A program made the translations under genes and the position numbers. Under the pieces are notes generated by a model that was not told the origin of the DNA, did not search any database, and saw nothing but the letters and a program-made list of their open reading frames with translations. 64,000 bases of DNA from Acutalibacteraceae bacterium (lineage in GTDB: Bacteria > Bacillota > Clostridia > Oscillospirales > Acutalibacteraceae), in NCBI GenBank assembly GCA_045593245.1, contig JAZNWJ010000043.1, forward strand, positions 36,254 to 100,253, written 5' to 3'. Shown here one piece after another: positions 37,435 through 47,278 of this stretch; positions within the stretch are counted from its first letter, which is position 1; each line of letters opens with the position of its first letter.

Positions 37435-39132
37435 ATGGAAGAAAACAAGGTTTTAACTGAGGAAGTAGAAGAAAATAAACCTTCTAACTTTATTTATGAT
37501 TTTATTGATGAGGATTTGGCAGAGGGTGTGTATAGCCGCGTGCAGACACGCTTTCCGCCCGAACCAAACGGTTATTTGCATATAGGTCATGCAAAGGCTA
37601 TTTGCATTGACTTTGGCACATCTGAAAAGTACGGCGGTAAGTGCAATCTGCGTCTTGACGATACCAACCCTACAAAAGAGGATGTTGAGTATGTTGACGC
37701 TATTATGGAAGACATCAAGTGGTTAGGTTTCCAGTGGGATAACGTGTACTATGCATCGGACTACTTTGATTTTATCTATGAGTGCGCATTAAAGCTTATA
37801 GATAAAGGTCTTGCATACATTGACGAGTCCACTGCCGATGAAATTCGCGAAATGCGTGGAACACTTACCGAACCCGGTAAAAACAGTCCTTATCGTGACA
37901 GACCAATCGAGGAAAGCCGCGAATTGTTTGCAAAAATGACTGCAGGTGAAATTGACGAAGGCAAAATGGTGCTTCGCGCCAAAATTGATATGGCATCATC
38001 TAACCTTAATATGCGTGACCCTGTTATTTATCGTGTGCTTAAAGCACATCACCACCGCACAGGCGACAAGTGGTGTGTGTACCCGATGTATGATTTTGCG
38101 CACCCCTTAAGCGACGCACGAGAGGGTGTTACACACTCACTTTGCTCATTAGAGTTTGAAAATCACCGCCCACTTTATAACTGGGTGCTTGAGGCTGCAG
38201 ACATAACACACGAACCACCCCGTCAGATTGAGTTTGCTCGTATGAACGTAAACTATACTCTTACCAGTAAGCGTAAGTGCTTAAAGCTTGTAAACGACGG
38301 TCTTGTTAGTGGTTGGGATGACCCACGTATGGCTACCATTTGTGGTATGCGTCGTCGTGGTTATCCGTCACAGGCGGTACGTGCTTTTGTTGATAAAATC
38401 GGCGTTTCAAAGGCTTACAGCGTTATTGACTACGCACTACTCGAGTCTTGCGTTCGTGATTATCTTAACGAAAATGCCAATAGAGCAATGGCAGTTTTGC
38501 GCCCACTTAAGGTGGTTATTGATAATTATCCGGAAGGCAAAACAGAGCAGATTGAAGTTGATATCAACCCCAATAAGCCTGAACTTGGTAAGACAAGTGT
38601 TACGTTCTCTCGCGAGATATTTATTGAAGATGATGACTTTATGTTAGATCCTCCCGGCAAATACTTCCGCCTTTGCCCAACAAAAGAGGTTAGACTTAAA
38701 GGCGCGTACTTTGTAAAATATGCTTCGCACGAAGAGGACGAAAACGGCAATATTACTGCGGTTCACTGCACCTATGACCCCGAAAGTCGTGGTGGTGAAG
38801 CTCCTGACGGCAGAAAGGTTAAGGATACACTCCACTGGGTAAGTGCCGCTAACTGTATAAATGCCGAAGTTCGCCTTTATGACCGTTTGTTTAACGTAGA
38901 AAACCCAAGTGACGAAGAGGGTGTATCATCTTTTGCTGATAACCTTAATCCCGAATCGTTAACTGTGATTTCTGATGCTGTTATTGATGCGAGCCTTAAA
39001 GACGTAAAAGTGGGCGACACCTTCCAGTTTATGCGTCAGGGTTATTTCTGCGTTGATAAGGACACAACCAGTGACAAGATAGTCTTTAACCGCACAGTGG
39101 CGCTCAAAGACTCATTTGCTAAAAAGAAATGA
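37435..39132 (+). CDS. glnS: Glutamine--tRNA ligase
   Basis: It has RFPPEPNGYLHIGHAKA, CNLRLDDTNP, VYPMYDFAHPLSD and LTSKRK, with a GlnRS-type beta-barrel C-terminus. Confidence 0.9.
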   Translation: MEENKVLTEEVEENKPSNFIYDFIDEDLAEGVYSRVQTRFPPEPNGYLHIGHAKAICIDFGTSEKYGGKCNLRLDDTNPTKEDVEYVDAIMEDIKWLGFQWDNVYYASDYFDFIYECALKLIDKGLAYIDESTADEIREMRGTLTEPGKNSPYRDRPIEESRELFAKMTAGEIDEGKMVLRAKIDMASSNLNMRDPVIYRVLKAHHHRTGDKWCVYPMYDFAHPLSDAREGVTHSLCSLEFENHRPLYNWVLEAADITHEPPRQIEFARMNVNYTLTSKRKCLKLVNDGLVSGWDDPRMATICGMRRRGYPSQAVRAFVDKIGVSKAYSVIDYALLESCVRDYLNENANRAMAVLRPLKVVIDNYPEGKTEQIEVDINPNKPELGKTSVTFSREIFIEDDDFMLDPPGKYFRLCPTKEVRLKGAYFVKYASHEEDENGNITAVHCTYDPESRGGEAPDGRKVKDTLHWVSAANCINAEVRLYDRLFNVENPSDEEGVSSFADNLNPESLTVISDAVIDASLKDVKVGDTFQFMRQGYFCVDKDTTSDKIVFNRTVALKDSFAKKK

Positions 39133-39878
39133 TGACTGTAAATAACGTTTTAGATTATTTAAAAGAAAAATATCCGCTCCAGACCGCGTGTGATTTTGAC
39201 AATGTTGGTCTTTTGGTGGGTGATGGTAAGACGGTAGTTACAAAAGCGGTAGTTTGTCTTGATTGTGATATAAATACTGTAAATTACGCTAAAGAGATTG
39301 GTGCCGAGCTTATTGTGACCCATCATCCTGTAATATTTTCCGGTCTTAAGAATATACTTGCAGGCGGCGTGGTTTACGAGCTTGTGAAAGCGGATATATC
39401 GGTAATATCTATGCATACAAATCTTGATATTGCCGAGGGTGGCGTTACCGAAAGATTATGTGAAGCTATAGGTCTAAAAAACGTAAAACCGTTTGTTTCT
39501 CATAGTGGATTTTTGATTCGCGAAGCCGAGTGTGATATAAAGAGTGCTAATGCTTTGGCAGAATATATAAAAATACAGCTCGGTGGCGCAGTGCGTTATG
39601 CAGATAACGGCAGGAAAATCAACCGTGTGCTTGTTTGCTCTGGCTCGGGCGGCGAGTTTTTAAATGATGTAATTGACTGCGGATTTGATGCGCTTATATC
39701 TGCCGATATAAAACATAACGTTTTTATTGACGCAATCAATAATGGTGTCAGTGTGTTTGATGCAGGGCATTATACAAGCGAAAATATTATTGTAAAACCC
39801 TTGCTCACAGAGCTTACGACATCTTTTGATGAAATTGAGTTTTTTGAATTTAATAATCATAATATTAAATTTGTTTAA
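39129..39878 (+). CDS. Nif3-like dinuclear metal centre protein (YbgI / GTP cyclohydrolase 1 type 2 homolog)
   Basis: It has DNVGLLVGD, LIVTHHPVIF, ISMHTNLD and DAGHYTSE. Confidence 0.87.
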   Translation: MMTVNNVLDYLKEKYPLQTACDFDNVGLLVGDGKTVVTKAVVCLDCDINTVNYAKEIGAELIVTHHPVIFSGLKNILAGGVVYELVKADISVISMHTNLDIAEGGVTERLCEAIGLKNVKPFVSHSGFLIREAECDIKSANALAEYIKIQLGGAVRYADNGRKINRVLVCSGSGGEFLNDVIDCGFDALISADIKHNVFIDAINNGVSVFDAGHYTSENIIVKPLLTELTTSFDEIEFFEFNNHNIKFV

Positions 39879-39924
39879 TGCGTGATGAGTGGATCTTCAC
39901 GCGTTAACCTATGGGGGAAATAAA

Positions 39925-41697
39925 ATGCTTAAAAAAATTTCATCGGTAGTTTTAGCGATAGTACTTATGTTAAGCGTATTTCCATGCACGGTGTCTGCGC
40001 TGGATGCAGAGCCGAGATTTTCTCTGAAGAGCGGGGAGCCTACGCTTGTTAATTCGAGCGGAAATACCGAAAGTAAGTCGTGGCAGTTTTTGTCACGATA
40101 TGTTGATATTGATCAGTTCAGAGAACACCTGATTGAAGGCGTTTCAAATTGTGAGACAGAGATTGACATATCAGCATTTAAAATTCCTTACGTTCAAGAG
40201 GGTATGGATGCTATATGTGATTATCTATGGTATTGTGTACCCGAAGCTTTTAATTTTGAAACAGCAGAATCGTCAGGTTATTATGATCCTTACCCCACTG
40301 CGTATTTTAAAACGCTGAAGCCGGGTTATCGTGATTTTGCAGACGTTGCGCAAGAATATGATGCTTGTTATACAAAAATGGTAACTGTTGCCAATAAAAT
40401 TCTTGATGGTATTGAAGATAACGAGGCGTTTGATGATGTACAAAAAGCGTTGTTGCTTCACGATCGACTGGCACTTTGGAATGAGTACGATTACGACGGA
40501 CTTAAAACCAAAGATGTGAAAATTTATACTGCTTACGGTGCATTAGGCGAGGGAAAATCAGTTTGTCAGGGCTATGCGATGGCATATATGTATTTGCTGA
40601 ATCGTGTGGGAATTGATAACTATTATTGCTCGTCAGAAAAGCTTAATCATGGTTGGAATATAGTTTATATAGACGGCAAGCCCTATCACGTTGACGTTAC
40701 ATGGGATGATATTTCCTGGTGCGAAGGTGAACGCAGTGTCGTAGGTGGTGTCGAGCACGATAATTTTCTGCGTTCAAACGAAGGAATATATGACACAAAA
40801 CATACAGCAGATGACTATGATATGAGCGCTGTATATACCACCTATGACGATTATTTCTGGCGCGAATCTTCAGCGGTATTTGAGCTTATTGATGGTGAAA
40901 TTTATTATATTGATAACTTAAAGCAACAATTAAAGCGCTATAGTGATAAATCTGTGCTTTGCGCTGTGGAAGACAATTGGCGTTACTATATTGATGAAAA
41001 CCGCTACTATGATTTTGGCAACAATGCAAGACTTTCGAGTAATGGGGAAGTTTTGTTTTATTCGCTGACCGATGGTGTTTATCAATATGATATTTCAACG
41101 GGTGATGTTACGCAGGTGTATGAGGCAAATTTAAACGGTGACTTTGGCATATATGGCATGATTTATGAGGATGGATATCTGATTTGTGACATAAATGATA
41201 TTAAACCAAATACGTCGCTCGGCTGCGAAAATTTGTATCAGATAAAAGTGAAGTACGAAAAACCTGCTCCTGTACCTGAGTCTATTGAGATTGCGTCGCT
41301 GCCTATAAAGACCGAATATTTAAAAGGTGAACAACTTGATATAAACGGTCTTGTTATAAATCTTGTTTATAGCGATAATACAAAAGAAACCATTACAAAC
41401 GGATTTATCGTAAGCGGCTTTGAGTCGGACACCATAGGTGAAAAAACCGTTACGGTAACGTATGGCGATTTCAGCACGGAATTTATTGTTACGGTAAAGG
41501 AATACGAATACGTTGGAATCGGTGATATTGACGGTAGCGGCAAAATTGATAACCGCGATCTTGTAATGCTAATCCGATATATAAATGGTTGGAATGTAAC
41601 TGTTAATTTAGAAGAAGCAGATGTATATGAAGACAACGTAATAAACAATAAGGATTACGTAGTGTTGTTACGATATATAAACAATTGGATGGCTTAG
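39925..41697 (+). CDS. Secreted transglutaminase-like cysteine-protease-fold protein with a Big_3-type Ig domain and a type-I dockerin
   Basis: It has a signal peptide (MLKKISSVVLAIVLMLSVFPCTVSA) and a transglutaminase core Cys/His/Asp (GKSVCQGYAMAY ... NHGWNIVYIDGKPYHVDVTWDD). An Ig-like segment (IASLPIKTEYLKGEQLDINGLVINLVYSD...VTVTYG) is followed by dockerin Ca-binding repeats (GDIDGSGKIDNRDLVML ... DVYEDNVINNKDYVVLLRYIN). Confidence 0.8.
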   Translation: MLKKISSVVLAIVLMLSVFPCTVSALDAEPRFSLKSGEPTLVNSSGNTESKSWQFLSRYVDIDQFREHLIEGVSNCETEIDISAFKIPYVQEGMDAICDYLWYCVPEAFNFETAESSGYYDPYPTAYFKTLKPGYRDFADVAQEYDACYTKMVTVANKILDGIEDNEAFDDVQKALLLHDRLALWNEYDYDGLKTKDVKIYTAYGALGEGKSVCQGYAMAYMYLLNRVGIDNYYCSSEKLNHGWNIVYIDGKPYHVDVTWDDISWCEGERSVVGGVEHDNFLRSNEGIYDTKHTADDYDMSAVYTTYDDYFWRESSAVFELIDGEIYYIDNLKQQLKRYSDKSVLCAVEDNWRYYIDENRYYDFGNNARLSSNGEVLFYSLTDGVYQYDISTGDVTQVYEANLNGDFGIYGMIYEDGYLICDINDIKPNTSLGCENLYQIKVKYEKPAPVPESIEIASLPIKTEYLKGEQLDINGLVINLVYSDNTKETITNGFIVSGFESDTIGEKTVTVTYGDFSTEFIVTVKEYEYVGIGDIDGSGKIDNRDLVMLIRYINGWNVTVNLEEADVYEDNVINNKDYVVLLRYINNWMA

Positions 41698-41719
41698 AAA
41701 TTAAGTTTTTTTGTGCAAT

Positions 41720-41756
41720 AAAAGCGTTCTTGGCAATTAGCCGGGAACGCTTTTTA
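41720..41756 (+). terminator. Rho-independent terminator
   Basis: aaaagcgttcttggc-aatta-gccgggaacgcttttt, with G-U pairs in the stem. Confidence 0.6.
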
Positions 41757-41852
41757 TCAATTTATTTCGTTATATCGATTGTTTTGGTTGATATGGTGAT
41801 TGTTTTATGGTAAAATTACAGTGTATATATAAATAATAAAACGGAGATGCTT

Positions 41853-44800
41853 ATGAAAAGAGTAATTTCTATATTTTTAGCGATGATAATTATGGCTTTG
41901 ACACTTGATACGGGTGTATATCAGGTTTTAGCGGCAAGCAATACAGTAGTTGCTGATATATGGGACGGCGCACAACAGGCACAAGGTGAGGGGAAATTTG
42001 TTGAAGGCGATGGAACAGAGCAAAATCCCTACATAATTAAAAACGGTGACCAGCTTTATAAAATGGTTTATAATTTTGGAACGATAGAAGGCGTATTAAA
42101 CAACGGAACGCCTGCATACTATAAACTTGGTTGCGATATTTATTTAAACGACGTTTCTGATTATGCTGCTTGGGGTAAAGACGGCTTTGATATGTCAACA
42201 CTCAATAACTGGGCTGAGTATCAGGACGTATTTTGTCACCGTACTTTTTTTGGTAATTTTAATGGTGATGGTCACACTATTTATGGCTTGTACGCATATG
42301 GCTATCGTGTGGCATCTTTTTTTCCAAATGTTTCGCACGGTGCGGTTGTAAGAAATGTTAGTTTTAAAAATTCATATGCTGTGAACACATCAGGGATGAA
42401 TGAGAACGAACAGGAGGATGCGGGCGAAACTACGGGGCAAAAGGTATGGTATGCCGGTGCATTTGGCTCGGCAGGTGTTATCTTTGGTAACGCTATGTCG
42501 GCAGGCGATAGCGACTACAATACCGTAGATTTTACAATTAACAATTGTTCGGTTACAGACGCTTACGTCGAGGCGAAATATTTTACTTCCGGCTTTGTTG
42601 CAGTGGCAAACTCGTGTCAACCGTATATTGCCAACTGTATGACAGCAAACATAACACTTAACTCTACAAGCGAGACACAGGGTGTTGAAGGTGCGATTAT
42701 AAATATGCCGTATGGCTCTACCAACCCGACTGCAACAATGGAAAACGTTCTTGCCGTAGGATATCCTATTTACGGCGTAGGTCGCGATGAAATGTGGAGC
42801 GGTAAAAAGCAACCATCTGTAAGCCATACATACACATTTAAAAATGTATACACAACTGTTAGCAATAAATACACATTTAATCATTCAAGCTATGGCAGTT
42901 TAAGCTTTACCGATAGTGAAGTAAATGTTGTTGACGCGGCAAATTTGATTGGTGACAAGGCTGAAACTGTCATAACTACATTTGACTGGGCATATACCTG
43001 GCGCACAACCGAGAATGGATATCCCGTACCTATGCGGGAGTATGTAGTACCAAGTGGCGACGAGTATTATCAGAGCGGTGGTCCGAAATATACAACAGAT
43101 ATGTGGGACGGAACGGCTGCTTCCCATTTTGCTGCGGGCGATGGTTCATTTGCCGACCCGTATTTGATTGCAAATTGTGAAGAGTTTTATCGTATGGTTA
43201 CAATGCCAGAAGATGATAAATATTACAAAATAGCGAATGGTGTTACCGATTTTTATTTTAATGAAATTGATGGTAAAAGTTATAGTACGTTAATGTCGTA
43301 TTTTTCGTGGGGAATTGGCACAAATTATGCCTTTGGTGAAGATATATGCTTTAATGGTAACTTTGATGGTAACGGTGTAACTTTCCACGGTATTCGTGCG
43401 TCAAGCGATAACTATTCTGGTCTTTTTGCGCAGGTGGGTGACGCTACGTTAAGAAACTTTACTATCAGATATTCTTACTTCAAGACCGGTAGTTCTTCTG
43501 CAAAGGGTGCTGCGGCTGTTGTAGGTTATATTAAAGATAACGGTTCGGTTAATATCAAAAACGTGGCGATAATTGATTGTGAGATAAGTGGTAAAACCGC
43601 TGCCGCGGGATTTGTTGGTAATGCAGGTAGCTTGTCAGATGTTTATATTACTAACAGTATTATTTCTGGTGGCAAGGTATCATCGAGCGGTAATCCGTCA
43701 TATAAATCGGCATTTATGGCAAATGGTACAGATGTATCCGGTACTGTTAAAAACAGTATATCGCTTGGAATATATCCTGCATCTGATGCGGTTGCTTCCT
43801 ACAGTGCAAAATATATAGGTGTATATACCGATGCTGCGGCACCTTCAGACGTTGTTTCAAATGCTACAAGCAGTATAAGCGTAGTTGAAAACAGTATGCT
43901 TCAGGGTGCGACGGCAAAATCCACATGTGAAGAGTTTAACTGGAATTATTCCTGGAAAGTTACCGATACTATACCCATGCCGCAAAATCAACAAAACGAT
44001 AATGGTGTAGTGGGTGAGCAGTGGTCTGGTGAAATTGCAACGTCTTTTGCCGCAGGAAACGGTACAAAGAGTAATCCTTATCAGATAAATACGGCTGAAA
44101 TGCTTGCCAGAATGTTGGTTTATGGTAATGTGGGCGAGTATTACAAATTAACCGCAAATATATTCATAAATGATACTACAAAATCAGATTGGCAAAACAG
44201 CGCGACCAAGTGGTTCACATCAGCAGATGTTTCCGCCTTTGAAGGCTCGTTTGATGGAAACGGATATACAGTGTATGGTCTTTATGGTAATGCCACTGCT
44301 CAAAATGAATACGTCGCCTTGATCCCTGTACTGGGTACTGAATCACAGGTTAGAAAAGTAAAGTTAGACAATTCATACCTGAGCGGTATCGAGGGAGCGT
44401 ATCTTGGCGGTATTGCAGGCGTTTTACAAGATAATGCCGCTGTAGCATCAATTATTGATGCTTGTCTTGTAGGTAATAATGTTACTTTTGCCGGTGAGGC
44501 AGATGTTGGAGGTATCATTGCGGAAGTTGGTTTCTCGAGAGCAATAATTGAAAATTGCGTTTTCAGAGGCAGCATTATAACCGTGGGAAGTTCGTATGGT
44601 ATTTGTGGAAACGTTGTTGGTAAGCTTGAGGTTTACGAATGTATTTCAAAGAATGCCTTACCGTTTGCATCAAGTGATAAAATCAGCGCAAGAAACGTTT
44701 ATACAGATTGGCAAACTGATGAGAACGGCGTTATTGTATTGGAAAGCAATAAAATGATCGGAATTGGCGCCAGAAACTATATGACCGCGTTGGATTTCAG

Positions 44801-47156
44801 TTTACTTTGGAGACTGACAACCAATAATACTCCTGAACCAATTGGTAACGTTAAATCATACAATGGCACCAAGGGCGAGGTTTGGTCAGGTAAAATTGCA
44901 TCTGGTTTTGCAGGTGGTAGCGGTACTCGTACAAGTCCGTATATCATTGAAACCGGAGAACAACTGGCACTGCTTATTACCAAAGCCAATAATTATAGCG
45001 AAAAATATTTTAAACTTGATTGTGATATATATCTTAACGATGTAAACAGCGAACTGTGGCAAAGTAAATGTGGTGCACTAAACTGGATTAACAGCCACGA
45101 GGCAGGATATTTCAAGAGCTATCTTGACGGTGACGGGTACGTTGTGTACGGTATGTACTATAGCTTTAAAACAACGCCAAGCAACTCGTATATGGGCTTG
45201 ATTCCGCGTTTTGCGGGTTCTGCCGATGTTAAAAATCTTGGTATATCACAGGCGTATATAAAGGCGGCAACGGATGATAGCAGTGTGTATGCCGGTGGTA
45301 TATTTGGCATGGGTAGTGCGTTTTATGATTTTTACGGTAATAAGATTGGAATTGATGCTACGCAGGGCGACGAATTTTTAGTTCCGGGTCAGACAACTCC
45401 CACCAAATTGCCTTCGATCACCAATTGCTTTGTGGATCATACCTGTTATTTTGAAGCCACATCAGTTGGTGGCATTGGTAGTCCGGGCGGCGCAGCAGTA
45501 GTAGTCAGGGATTGCTATGTTACCGCTACACTTAAGGGCTCACTTGACAGCCGCGAGGGCTCAATTTTAGGTTCTAACTGGGCAAACTGCTCGCGAGTTT
45601 ATAATTGTGTTGCATTTACCCAAACGGATAATAAATCCTTGGGTGGCAATCAACAGTGGGTAGACAGTGTTGCAGGAAGCTGTATGTATATTGAAAACGT
45701 ATATTATTATGGTTCAAAACATATATTCGGCACTACACGCATCAAGCGTCCACAGTGGCGTATTGGTGAAGAAGCAATGACAAACATGCCACAACTTGAT
45801 TGGGAAAATGTGTGGCGTACAGAAGCGGATGGTACTCCTGTACTTCGAGTGTTTGATAAAGAAGGTAGAGGAGCAGAGCTGTTTTCGGATAAAAGCTTTG
45901 CTATTCCTGAGGTAAGGGTTAGTTTTGAAACCGGTATTGATGGTTTTGAAATCGACGACCTTGTAGGTAAGGCATATGAAAAAATTGAGCTGCCTACTCC
46001 GCAAAGACAGGGATATAAGTTTGTGGCGTGGCACGGTTTTGAAGACCTTTCTTGTGAATATGAATATGATTTCTTTTTGGCAAGGGATATTACACTTTAT
46101 GCCGAGTGGCAAGAGGTATCCATAACACAGGATTTTGAAAAATATCCTTTTAGTATGTGGGATTGTGATGCGACTGTCTGGCGTTATAACACACCGGATA
46201 ATTCTGTAGAATACAATGATGATTATATTCGTAGCGGTGAAAAATCTATGCAGCTAATGTCGTCTGGCGGTGATGTTGCGACCTTGCTTGTAAATTACAG
46301 GCAAACCCTTACTGCAGGACAAATTTATACCATTTCTTTATGGTTATCAGGTGGTAGTGATACTTCGCAACCACAACTTGCTCTTGCGCATAAAATGTAC
46401 CCTGATTATCTTGCGGTAGATAAGTTGATTGAGCCAATAACCACACAGGGTGAAACAATTGGAAAATGGACGCAGTACACGTGTACTTTTGTAGCGCAAA
46501 CGCCATGGATAGCAATTAAGGTATTAGGAGGAGACGGCGTTTATTTTGACGATATCGTTGTAAACCACGACGGTGAATTCGTTTTGCAAGCTGAAACTTC
46601 GAGTGATGTGATTGAAGCTGAATTTTACGGAAGTACCTTTGAAAGTGCAATACTTTCTGAAGGTGTTACAACCGTGGGAGAATTTGCCTTTGCATATAAT
46701 CGGTTTATCACCGACATATATATTTCGGATGACGTAACACAAATAAGCGAGTATGCTTTTTACGGTTGCGAGCGATTGAGTGATGTGTGGTATGCAGGTA
46801 GTTATGAGGATTATCAAAATATGATTATTGCCAACCAAAATCATCCGCTCAGGGATGCAGAGTGGCATTTTGATAGTTGTTCTATAGGAAAAGCGCACAG
46901 TTACGATGGCGAAGACGATACGGTTTGTAGCGTATGTGGAGCTTTGAAAAGCGATATAGCGATTGGCGACGTAAACGGAGACGGCGTTATCAATAACCGT
47001 GACTCCGTATTGCTTGTGCGGTATCTTAATGACTGGGATGTAACAATTTTTGAAGAAGCATCAGATACCAACGGAGATGGCCTGATTAACAATCGTGACT
47101 ATGTATTGCTTGTGCGGTATCTTAATGATTGGGACGTGGTTATGAAGTCAAAATAG
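41853..47156 (+). CDS. Giant secreted modular dockerin protein: four beta-helix (GLUG-like) modules, a Listeria-Bacteroides repeat, a CBM-like module, BspA-type LRRs and a type-I dockerin
   Basis: It has a signal peptide and four roughly 290-380-aa modules starting at nt 41955, 43098, 44016 and 44877. Each opens with W(D/S)G...F..G(D/N/S)G(T/S)...PY.I and closes with (F/L)(D/N)(W/F)...W(R/K). It also has YKFVAWHG (Flg_new repeat) and LRR_5-like VTTVGEFAFAYNRFITDIYISDDVTQISEYAFYGCERL. The dockerin segments GDVNGDGVINNRDSVLLVRYLNDW and DTNGDGLINNRDYVLLVRYLNDW are reflected in a 26-nt perfect DNA repeat at 47007-47032 and 47103-47128. Confidence 0.8.
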   Translation: MKRVISIFLAMIIMALTLDTGVYQVLAASNTVVADIWDGAQQAQGEGKFVEGDGTEQNPYIIKNGDQLYKMVYNFGTIEGVLNNGTPAYYKLGCDIYLNDVSDYAAWGKDGFDMSTLNNWAEYQDVFCHRTFFGNFNGDGHTIYGLYAYGYRVASFFPNVSHGAVVRNVSFKNSYAVNTSGMNENEQEDAGETTGQKVWYAGAFGSAGVIFGNAMSAGDSDYNTVDFTINNCSVTDAYVEAKYFTSGFVAVANSCQPYIANCMTANITLNSTSETQGVEGAIINMPYGSTNPTATMENVLAVGYPIYGVGRDEMWSGKKQPSVSHTYTFKNVYTTVSNKYTFNHSSYGSLSFTDSEVNVVDAANLIGDKAETVITTFDWAYTWRTTENGYPVPMREYVVPSGDEYYQSGGPKYTTDMWDGTAASHFAAGDGSFADPYLIANCEEFYRMVTMPEDDKYYKIANGVTDFYFNEIDGKSYSTLMSYFSWGIGTNYAFGEDICFNGNFDGNGVTFHGIRASSDNYSGLFAQVGDATLRNFTIRYSYFKTGSSSAKGAAAVVGYIKDNGSVNIKNVAIIDCEISGKTAAAGFVGNAGSLSDVYITNSIISGGKVSSSGNPSYKSAFMANGTDVSGTVKNSISLGIYPASDAVASYSAKYIGVYTDAAAPSDVVSNATSSISVVENSMLQGATAKSTCEEFNWNYSWKVTDTIPMPQNQQNDNGVVGEQWSGEIATSFAAGNGTKSNPYQINTAEMLARMLVYGNVGEYYKLTANIFINDTTKSDWQNSATKWFTSADVSAFEGSFDGNGYTVYGLYGNATAQNEYVALIPVLGTESQVRKVKLDNSYLSGIEGAYLGGIAGVLQDNAAVASIIDACLVGNNVTFAGEADVGGIIAEVGFSRAIIENCVFRGSIITVGSSYGICGNVVGKLEVYECISKNALPFASSDKISARNVYTDWQTDENGVIVLESNKMIGIGARNYMTALDFSLLWRLTTNNTPEPIGNVKSYNGTKGEVWSGKIASGFAGGSGTRTSPYIIETGEQLALLITKANNYSEKYFKLDCDIYLNDVNSELWQSKCGALNWINSHEAGYFKSYLDGDGYVVYGMYYSFKTTPSNSYMGLIPRFAGSADVKNLGISQAYIKAATDDSSVYAGGIFGMGSAFYDFYGNKIGIDATQGDEFLVPGQTTPTKLPSITNCFVDHTCYFEATSVGGIGSPGGAAVVVRDCYVTATLKGSLDSREGSILGSNWANCSRVYNCVAFTQTDNKSLGGNQQWVDSVAGSCMYIENVYYYGSKHIFGTTRIKRPQWRIGEEAMTNMPQLDWENVWRTEADGTPVLRVFDKEGRGAELFSDKSFAIPEVRVSFETGIDGFEIDDLVGKAYEKIELPTPQRQGYKFVAWHGFEDLSCEYEYDFFLARDITLYAEWQEVSITQDFEKYPFSMWDCDATVWRYNTPDNSVEYNDDYIRSGEKSMQLMSSGGDVATLLVNYRQTLTAGQIYTISLWLSGGSDTSQPQLALAHKMYPDYLAVDKLIEPITTQGETIGKWTQYTCTFVAQTPWIAIKVLGGDGVYFDDIVVNHDGEFVLQAETSSDVIEAEFYGSTFESAILSEGVTTVGEFAFAYNRFITDIYISDDVTQISEYAFYGCERLSDVWYAGSYEDYQNMIIANQNHPLRDAEWHFDSCSIGKAHSYDGEDDTVCSVCGALKSDIAIGDVNGDGVINNRDSVLLVRYLNDWDVTIFEEASDTNGDGLINNRDYVLLVRYLNDWDVVMKSK

Positions 47157-47166
47157 AATAAAAAGC

Positions 47167-47203
47167 AAAAAATTCCTTGCAATATGGGTGCTTCCCATAA
47201 GGA
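47167..47203. repeat. Partial inverted copy of the distal end of the 48914-49133 hairpin array (left boundary of the islet)
   Basis: aaaaaattccttgc (47167-47180) and cttcccataagga (47191-47203) are the reverse complements of 49120-49133 and 49097-49109. The 10-nt spacing between the two blocks is the same in both copies. Confidence 0.65.
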
Positions 47204-47208
47204 TGTTT

Positions 47209-47248
47209 AAGAGTAACAGACTAAAAGTCTGTTACTCTTATTTTTTTG
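47209..47248 (+). terminator. Rho-independent terminator of the giant dockerin gene
   Basis: aagagtaacagac-taaaa-gtctgttactctt followed by attttttt. Confidence 0.75.
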
Positions 47249-47249
47249 C

Positions 47250-47278
47250 TTTACAAATAAAATCAAAAGTGATACAAT
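47250..47278 (+). promoter_or_regulatory. Candidate extended -10 promoter reading into the islet
   Basis: TTTACA, a 17-nt spacer, then TACAAT preceded by TGa. Confidence 0.4.
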
